Shown here in pieces: positions 56,103 through 64,000 of a stretch of 64,000 bases of DNA. The stretch spans positions 12,710,001-12,774,000 of the forward strand of contig JBHGNT010000001.1 in the NCBI GenBank assembly GCA_043228905.1, read 5' to 3'. The notes beneath the pieces were generated by a model. It saw only the letters and a list, made by a program, of their open reading frames with translations. It was not told where the DNA came from and searched no databases. The stretch comes from Azolla caroliniana. Its lineage: Eukaryota; Plantae; Polypodiophyta. The position numbers were made by a program, and so were the translations under genes. The first letter of the stretch is position 1. Each line of letters opens with the position of its first letter.

Positions 56103-59078
56103 CTCAACCACTTGCGGTTGTGGGTGTTTCCCTTCGCTTCTTCAAAGCTTTCCGTCTCCCCGTCATCGGCTAGCAACACATGCTCTGCATCTGGAAATCT
56201 CCGTCCCTAGTTTCTGACTACCGGTTCATCCGAATCCAATTCGGGATCTTGTCCAGTTCCTGTCTCTCCTCCTCCTCCCCCTCCTCCTTCTTTAGTCGGT
56301 TCGGTTTCTTGTCCATATCTGGGCGGTTCGTCGAGAGTCATCCGGTTACCGGCTAGCGTCCAGTTTTCAACCGGGTAAGTCCTTGTGTCCTCAAGCCGAT
56401 TTTCATTGAATGATCCGGAGTTTATCACCTTCTTCTCCGACTCCCTGTCGGCAATGGTCCTAGTTTCCATGAAGACTATGTCCCAACTCCGAAACACCTT
56501 CTTGTCGACCAGGTCCCACACCCGGTAACCGAACTCATCATCGCCATATCCAAGGAATATGCATGGCCTGGACTTCGGATCCAGCTTTGCTCTCTTGTCC
56601 TTTGCAACATGGACATATGCGAGACACCCGAACACCTTCATATGCCTGTAAGATACATCTTTACCGGTCCATACTTTCTGAGGCGAGTCTCCTTCCAAGG
56701 GTGCTGAGGGTGATCTATTTATCACATAGGTCGCCGTTGTCAGCGTCTCAGCCCAAAATGTCTTGTGTAACTTTGCATGTGCTAGCATGCTCCAGACTCT
56801 CTCCATTATGGTCCGGTTCATCCTTTCGGCCAACCCGTTTAGTTCCGGCGTCTTCGGCACAGTAAACCTTAGCTGAATTCCCTTTGACCGGCAGTACTCC
56901 TCGAACTGTCCTCGGTATTCTCCTCTGTTATTTTCTTGGACCTCCTTCAGCTTCCGACCGGTTTCTCTTTCCACTCTCGCATGGAGCTCCTTGAAGACGG
57001 ATAGCACCTGATCCTTCGTCTTCAGTGGTGAGATCCACAGCTTCCGGCTGTGGTCATCTATGAACGTCACGAAGTACTGCGATCCAGCATGTGACTTCGT
57101 GTCCACTTGACACACATCGGTATGCACTAGCTCCAGTGGTGCATTCCGTCTCATTGGTGGTCTTGACCGGAAGGAGGTTCGGTTTTGCTTGCCAGCCAAG
57201 CAATCGGTGCACTTCTCAAGTTGCACATCCTTCACCGGAATGAGGTTGTCTTTGGCAAGCCTCTTCATCCCCTTCTCACTCATGTGACATAGTCTTTTGT
57301 GTCACAGCTCACCTACAGTGTCGGATGCTACGTTCACTTCTTCCCGACATATCCGGGCATTCATCAAGTACAATGTGTTGATATTCCGGCCTCGAGCCAT
57401 ATCAAGCTTCCCTTGCTGAACTTCATAACTCCGTTCCGGATGCTACCCGTGTGTAGCCTTCATCATCTAGCCGACCAGCTGATATCAGGTTCAGTCGAAC
57501 CTCCGGTATGTGTCGGACATCCTTCAACAACAATTTGCATCCGGTTGATGTCGTCAACAACACATCTCCTATGCCGATAATTCAGCATGTACCTTCATTC
57601 CCCATCCGGACACAACCATGATCACCGGCTATGTATGATGAGAAGTATTTCCGATTCGGTGTCAAGTGGAACGACGCTCCGGAATCGACAACCCATGTTG
57701 TCTCGTCGCCAACAAGGTTTAACTCATTCTCTTTGGTAATGAGAATCAATTCTTCTTCACTTGTCGCGATCGTTGATGTTCCCTTCTGATCCGGGCCTCT
57801 CCGGTCCAAACTTTTCTTAGAATCGGTGTTGCCGGTTTCTTTCTCTTTCCGAAAATGCCGATAGTTCTTTTGGAAGTGTCCTGGCTTCCCACAGTAGAAG
57901 CAAGTAGGCCTCCCCCTTGACTTCGACCTCGTCCCCGACTTGTCCCGGTTTTGGAAACTTCGATACCGGCCTCTTCCCCGGTTGTGGTCATCTTTCGTGA
58001 GCAAGGCCTTCGGATCGGTTCAAGACTCCCCGTCCTTCCGGTGAGCTTCTTCATCTAGCAGGCTTGATTCTATTCTTGCTAGGGACAACTATTTTCCTTC
58101 CGGCCCAGTGTTGCCCAACGTGACAACTAACGTCCCCCAACTATCTGGGAGGGAATCAAGCTGGAGCAATGCGAGTACCTCATCGGCAAGAGGTACTTCC
58201 AACGAGGTTGCTTGATGTATCAACCCCTGGAAAGCATTCATGTGGTTCACCATACTGGAGCCATCCTGGTACCGGAGCCTCACTAGCTTTCGGAATAACA
58301 AAACCCGATTAACAACATTCTTGTTCTGGAACATGATGTTGATCTTCTCCCAGAGTTCATGAGCCTTGCTCTCTTCATTGAAGTTGTTGTACAGGCTCAT
58401 GTTGATGAAGCACCGAATGTAGGCCGTCGTCTTCATGTGCATCATCTCCCACATTGTGGCGTCGATCTTATCCGGTCTCTTGTCCCTGAACTGAACCGGC
58501 AACCAAAGATCTTTAACCACTGACATGTCCGTCATCTTTGACTTCCACACTGAGTAGTTGGAGCCGGTGAGCTTGAACATGCCACCGACCAATTCTTCCA
58601 TTTCCTGTGTTGCTCTCTCTGATACCAGATTGTGAAGAATAGCGCGGAATATCGGTCAGCCACAACCGAGTATTGAATCACAGAAATGGGGATTAACGAG
58701 AGAGTACAGAAAGGAAATATACAGGATGTTTACGTGGAAAACCCTAAATGGGAAAACCACGGGAGCCCACAGACTCCAACTATCACTATAGGAGAAAGGT
58801 ACAATTAGAGCCTCGGAGGCAACGACCTCGAGCTTTGTATCTTCGCCAACCGGCGGTTACAACTGAGTATTGCTCTATATCTTACTCTCACTCTCACTCT
58901 CTCTATCTATACAACAATATGACAATAACAACAACCTTACAAAGTGATTGCCCTAAGCCATATTTATACTTATATGAACTTAGGGCTATTTACAAATATA
59001 GCCTCAATAGGCTTACTCAAAACATATTTACAGATATGTCTTCTCTTTGGGTTCTCACCGGGTCCTCTTTATTCATCA
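56103..59078 (-). mobile_element. Copia element A2, 5' part: 5' LTR 58631-59078, PBS, gag, PR, IN
   Basis: PBS TGGTATCAGAG (minus, ~58617-58627). Gag MEELVGGMFKLTGSNYSVWKSKM, zinc knuckle CFYCGKPGH, PR WVVDSGASFH, integrase ORF 56207-57283. Confidence 0.9.
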
Positions 59079-60085
59079 TGGGATCCCATCCGAAGAGACC
59101 AATTTCCCAACATGTTGTACTCCCGGTTTGTGGTAGATTTCAAATTCGAACTCCTGTAGAAGCAACGTCCATCGTGCTAGTTTGCCGGTTAACGATGATT
59201 TGGAGACCAAGTACAACAATGCCGAATGATCTACATGGAATGAGAATTTCCGTCCCAGCAAGTAATGACGGTATTTCGTTATACTGTATACCATTCCCAA
59301 GGCTTCCCTTTCCGTTGTCGAATAGTTCCGTTCCACCGGGGAGAGATTCCGACTGGCGTAGTAAACTGGTCGGTACCACTTCGGTTCGGTCAGCTACATA
59401 AGAACACTGCCAATTGCAATATCCGATGCATCCACAAACACATGAAATTCCTTCGACCAATACGCGGGTTGTACCACAGGTGCCTGGGACAACATTACCT
59501 TGAGCGCATGGTATGCCCTATCCTCCAATTCCATCCATTGGAAGGGTGTCTGGTGTACAGCTGCATGTAGTGGTGTCGCAAGGTCGGCAAAGTATTGGGG
59601 CATCCGGCTATGCCACCGGATCTGTCCTAAAAACCGGCTTAAAGCTTTGGCGGTTGTCGGTGTAGGTGCTTCCAAAATGGCTTTAACTTTATCCGGATCC
59701 ACTGCAATCCCGTCCTTACTAACGATATGGCCTAGTGGCGTGCTGTTGGTTACCCCGAATACGCATTTCGCCGGATTTAGATTTAGTCGGTAACCTCTGC
59801 ATTTTTCTAGGCATAACCAGAGATAGGCAAGATGTTCTCCTTTCCTGCTATACACCGCAAAGTCATCTAAGAACACCTACACAAACGCTGGGATAAACTC
59901 CTCGAAGATTTCCATGATGATTCGTTGTAATGTTGTCGGTCCCATCTTTAGTCCGAACATCATCACGACCGCTACGAAGACTCCCCATTGTTACAAACGT
60001 TGTTTTTTTCCTGGTCGTCTGTGTGCATCTTGATTTGGTTATACCTGCTGAATCCGTCAAGGAAACTATACACCTTGTGACCCCC
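59079..60085 (-). mobile_element. Ty3/Gypsy (non-chromovirus-like) RT-RNaseH fragment, probably part of element D
   Basis: YSFLDGFSRYNQIK, FLDDFAVY, LNPAKCVFG, FVDASDIAIG, NYSTTEREALG, FHVDH. Same strand as the D LTR and extra ORF; the linkage is inferred. Confidence 0.8.
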
Positions 60086-60089
60086 TGTC

Positions 60090-60162
60090 ATGAGATGGCA
60101 AGACTCGAACCCATGACCTTATGGTATATGGGTCGAGCTCTTAACCATCTCACCATCTATTG
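60090..60162 (-). promoter_or_regulatory. tRNA-like Pol III A-box/B-box module in U3 of the F LTR, pointing out of the element
   Basis: Minus strand TGGTGAGATGG-TTAAG (A-box-like, 60155-60145) and GGTTCGAGTC (B-box, 60111-60102), 33 nt apart as in tRNA genes. The cloverleaf is degenerate. Confidence 0.55.
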
Positions 60163-60215
60163 TAATTCATAGAATATTATTTTCATTTATGTTTTATTAT
60201 AAGAAAGTAATGTAT

Positions 60216-60277
60216 ATTCCAGATTTCTCTGGAACATTCTAGAAGCTTCAGGATTATTCCTGAGAACACTATAAAAG
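60216..60277 (+). promoter_or_regulatory. Heat-shock element array followed by TATA box in the F LTR
   Basis: Perfect core GAAcaTTCtaGAAgcTTC at 60232-60249 inside ten in-register pentamers (60217-60264). TATAAAAG at 60270-60277. Confidence 0.75.
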
Positions 60278-60581
60278 AAGGCACTAAGCATTATGTTGAA
60301 CCAAATTGGTTCAACACCAGTCTTAAGCCTCTTAGCCGATTTGTACTTATCTTTCATATAATATAAGAGCTGCTGTCATCATTCTATTTCTCTCTCTCTC
60401 CTCTTCTCACTTCCTCTCTCTCGGGAATCTTACGCAGTCCTGTCTTCTTAGTACTAATAGTACTACTCTTCTTAGTACTAATTCCATCTCTGCTTTAGTA
60501 CTATTCCTGACAGTTTGAACCAATTTTTCTCTCTAGCCTACTTGTCACTCTCCCTCATCCTCCTACCCTTTTCCCTATACT

Positions 60582-61739
60582 ATGGCTACTGTTAGCGCCC
60601 AAGAATACCAATCCGTTTTCTCCGAGCTACAGTGCCTAAAAGAAAAGTTTGTTGCCCTGGAACAAGAAAACCAACGGCTGATAGGGGATCTGCAACAAAT
60701 CGCTCTAGAAAAACAACAAACGCAACAACAACATGGGGAGTTAGCGTTACGGGTACAACAACTCGAAGCAGCGTTGCAACAACAAGGATCCAGTCCCCAA
60801 GGATTTCATAAAGAGCCCAAGATTGGACTTCCTGTGAAATTTGATGGAACGCGTTCGCAATTCCGGGGATTCCTTAATCAGGTACGCTTAGTCATCCAGA
60901 TGCATCCTTCCCGATATCCCACTGATGCATCTCGAGTCGGCCTAATAGGCACGCTACTTAGCGGCTCAGCCTTGGCATGGTTTGCTCCGCTTCTAGAAAA
61001 ACAATCACCCTTACTTAATAACTTTGAAGATTTTATTGGTGAGTTTAAAGCCTGCTTTGGAGACACCGACAGCATCAGGACGGCGATCAACAAGATCCGG
61101 CGATTGCGTCAAGGCGATCGTCCAGCCTCTGCCTACGCGGCGGATTTCCGCCTACTTGCTTCAGATATACCCTGGGATGATCAAGCACTAATGGAGCAGT
61201 TTCGCTATGGCTTGCGAAACGATGTCAAAGATCTACTTCTAACTTTCCCCGAAGAACCAAAGTCTCTTACGGAGGCAATCAGTCGAGCAGTTCGATGTGA
61301 CAACCGCCTTTTTGAACGGCGTTCAGAACGTCAATTACAGATACCACGCTCTAGGCCAGAGCCCACCTACGCCGCAGTCGCGGCTAAACCGTTTGCACGA
61401 GACACACCTCAAGCAAATACTTCGACACCGATGGAGATTGATACCATGCGTCGACGCGGCCCGTTATCGGAAGAAGAAAAGCAACGACGACGTGCCAATC
61501 GATTATGTCTTTATTGCGGTGGACCAGGACATATCGCCATCAATTGTCCCCATAGGCCAAGAAGACAGGTAAATCAAATCGTCGCCTGTACTAAACCCGA
61601 GTCAATTCTTCCCTTTGGAGTGTCTGATAGTATTAATAGTACTAATAGAGTGTCAGATAGTATTCATAGTACTAATAGCCCAAGTATCTCAAATAAATTT
61701 GAAATTCTTAGTCAATTAGATGAAGAGTTAAACGATTGA
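60582..61739 (+). CDS. gag: Gag of element F, 385 aa (N-terminal coiled coil, sushi/PEG10-like capsid, CCHC knuckle)
   Basis: EPKIGLPVKFDGTRSQFRGFLNQVRL, LLSGSALAWF, LRQGDRPASAYAADF, PMEID, EEKQRRRANRLCLYCGGPGHIAINCP. Confidence 0.9.
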   Translation: MATVSAQEYQSVFSELQCLKEKFVALEQENQRLIGDLQQIALEKQQTQQQHGELALRVQQLEAALQQQGSSPQGFHKEPKIGLPVKFDGTRSQFRGFLNQVRLVIQMHPSRYPTDASRVGLIGTLLSGSALAWFAPLLEKQSPLLNNFEDFIGEFKACFGDTDSIRTAINKIRRLRQGDRPASAYAADFRLLASDIPWDDQALMEQFRYGLRNDVKDLLLTFPEEPKSLTEAISRAVRCDNRLFERRSERQLQIPRSRPEPTYAAVAAKPFARDTPQANTSTPMEIDTMRRRGPLSEEEKQRRRANRLCLYCGGPGHIAINCPHRPRRQVNQIVACTKPESILPFGVSDSINSTNRVSDSIHSTNSPSISNKFEILSQLDEELND

Positions 61740-61785
61740 GTCCAGCCAAAATAGGAGCCATTTGGTTGGACAGCAGCCCTAGATC
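61727..61785 (+). other. Programmed -1 ribosomal frameshift signal
   Basis: G_TTA_AAC at 61727-61733 in gag frame, 6-nt spacer, 11-bp stem GTCCAGCCAAA/TTTGGTTGGAC with one G-U. The gag/pol overlap is only 61724-61739. Confidence 0.8.
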
Positions 61786-64000
61786 TGTACAGCCCATTAG
61801 TGGTTCCATTCCTTCCAAGCAAGTTAGCAATGTGTTCCTAGCCCAAGTCATTGTTAGTACTAAAAGTACTCCCCCAGTACCCGTTCTAGCACTTTTAGAT
61901 TCCGGAGCTAATTCTTGTTTCATGGATCGAAATTTTGCCCAAGCTTCTCAGATATCCTTAAGAAAACTTCCTTGTCCCGCATCTGTAGTGGTCATTGATG
62001 GTCGTCCCATTGCTTCCGGGAATATTGTAGAAGAATCAGAACCCATTCAAGTTGTCCTAGGTAGTTTTGTGTGTATAATATCATTTAATATAATTAGTAG
62101 TCCAGAGCATCCCATTGTCCTAGGATTACCTTGGCTTGAGTTACATAATCCAGCCATAGATTGGAGAACAAGAGAAGTCCGATATCGACCACCCCAAGAA
62201 TCAACTCGCCGAGTTTCGACCATTTCACTCCATCAACTACGCGAAGAAGGACCCAAGGAGGCAATGTTCCTATTTTCCATATCAGTACATCCTTCCAGCA
62301 CTATTAAGAAGGACTCCTCAGTACAACTTCCGGCAAAATATCATCCTTATGCCGATGTATTTGACAAGGTAAAAGCCGGTACCCTTCCTCATCACCGTCC
62401 CTATGACTGTCCCATCGATTTACAACCAGGAACCGAGCCACCATGGGGACCAATTTACAACCTGTCACCCACCGAGTTAGAAGTCCTTCGAGCCTACATA
62501 GAGGAGAACTTGGCAAGCGGGTTCATCCGTCATTCGAAATCTCCGGCCGGTGCACCCATCTTCTTTGTCAAGAAGAAAGATGGCTCACTTCGTCTTGTCG
62601 TTGATTACCGCGGATTAAATAAAGTCACCATCCGGAATAGGTATGCACTTCCTCTTATATCAAGTCTTTTAGAGCGAGTTAATGGTGCCAAGTTTTTTAC
62701 TAAAATCGACCTACGCGGAGCGTATAATCTCGTGCGGATCCGACCGGGAGATGAGTGGAAGACCGCTTTTCGCACGCGGTATGGGCATTTTGAGTATACT
62801 GTTATGCCGTTTGGCCTAACCAATGCACCCGCAGTCTTCCAACACATGGCAAATGATATATTCAGAGACCTCTTGGATATCTGTTTGATCATTTATCTGG
62901 ATGATCTGTTGATTTATTCGAAGACCCAGGAAGAGCACGACTCTCATGTACTATTAGTACTAAAGCGACTCCGCGAGAATGGTCTTTATGCCAAGCTAGA
63001 AAAATGTAGCTTCGACTGCAAGCAAGTGGAATTTCTAGGCTACGTCATCTCCTCAAAGGGCATCGCCATGGATCCAGCTAAGATCCAAACTGTACTAGAG
63101 TGGCAAATTCCACGGTCGGTACGAGATGTACAATGTTTTCTAGGTTTTGCTAACTTCTACCGTAAGTTTATACAGGATTACTCGAAGATTATTTTACCTC
63201 TCACACAACTTACGAAGAAGGGCCAAGCATTTCTTTGGTCCATTGAAGCAGATATGGCTTTTCGGCATCTTAAGAAAGCCTTTACATCAGCACCGATTCT
63301 AGCTCATGTGGATACAAGCAAACCATTCATCATGGAGGCCGACGCATCAGATTTCGCCCTCGGTAGCATCCTTTCTCAACAAGGTGATAAAGAAGAGTTG
63401 CATCCGGTGGCTTTCCATTCGCGCAAATTCGATGTCGCAGAAATCAACTACGAAATACATGACAAGGAGTTATTAGCCATCGTGGATTCATTTGTACAAT
63501 GGCGGCATTTCTTAGAGGGCTCTCCACATCAGGTCATTGTCTTCAGCGATCATAAAAATCTTGCTTATTTTCAGAACGCTCGCGTACTAAATCGACGGCA
63601 AGCTCGGTGGGCGCAATTCCTCACGCGTTTCGACTTCAAAATCACATATCGACCGGGGAAGCAGCAAGGAAAAGCAGATGCACTATCACGACGTTCATAT
63701 CTTGCACCTCGTCCTGGTGAAGCAACATTTGATAATCAAAAGCAAGTAATCTTGGGACCAACACGATTGCACACGACGCGGATTTTTCACACCCCGATGG
63801 ATTCACGGATTACCGATGACATACGTGCAACCTTGAAGACGGATAGTTTTGCTCAAGACATCCTGGCGCACATTGATACTTCTCGGGCATCCTGTTCTCA
63901 GTCTCAACAACCAGGTATTGACTACCGACAATTCGAATATCATGATGGTTTGTTATTCTTTAAAAAGCGCGTATATGTCCCCGATTGCTCCTGTCGCCTT
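61733..64000 (+). CDS. pol: Pol of element F in the -1 frame (PR, RT, RNaseH; continues beyond the window)
   Basis: Hand translation is stop-free to the window end: LLDSGANSCF, LPHHRPYDCPIDL, FFVKKKDGSLRLVVDYRGLN, MPFGLTNAPAVFQ, YLDD, EADASDFALG, NYEIHDKELLAI, SDHKNL, KADALSRR. Confidence 0.92.

Larger units (their letters stand above)
60086..64000 (+). mobile_element. Apparently intact Ty3/Gypsy element F, Tf1/sushi/Tcn1-like, running off the window
   Basis: 5' LTR 60086-60512 with TGTCA...TGACA termini, no tRNA-Met PBS, open gag and open pol. Inserted in the D RT. Confidence 0.92.

Noticed and set aside
42703-59078. One full-length 16-kb Copia element
   Set aside because: The LTRs differ by large indels, the flanks are not a TSD and the host sequences on the two sides differ.
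60090-60162. Functional tRNA gene
   Set aside because: Acceptor and anticodon stems do not pair convincingly; kept only as a tRNA-like A/B-box module.

Overview
Eukaryotic nuclear DNA from a land plant. A non-seed plant such as a fern is my inference, from the PLS-PPR motif style, TE-filled introns and a Tf1/sushi/Tcn1-type retroelement. The left 40 kb holds four genes: a 10-exon GPI-type aspartic protease (7262-16399, +), a 7-exon HIPL1 gene (19976-26941, +) and two single-exon PLS-class PPR genes (-) that lack a DYW domain and an obvious transit peptide. LINE fragments, MITEs and tandem repeats lie among them. The right 24 kb is a nested TE pile in a MULE remnant: four Copia copies, a Gypsy element with a large extra coiled-coil ORF, and an inversion/deletion junction. 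The youngest layer (60086 to window end) is an apparently intact Tf1/sushi/Tcn1-like Gypsy element and is the highlight. Its LTR carries an antisense tRNA-like A/B box module, a long in-register heat-shock element before the TATA box and repeated TAGTACTA palindromes. It has a self-complementary PBS suggesting tRNA-independent priming, a PEG10-like Gag and a clear -1 frameshift cassette into Pol. All calls were made by eye with no database searches.
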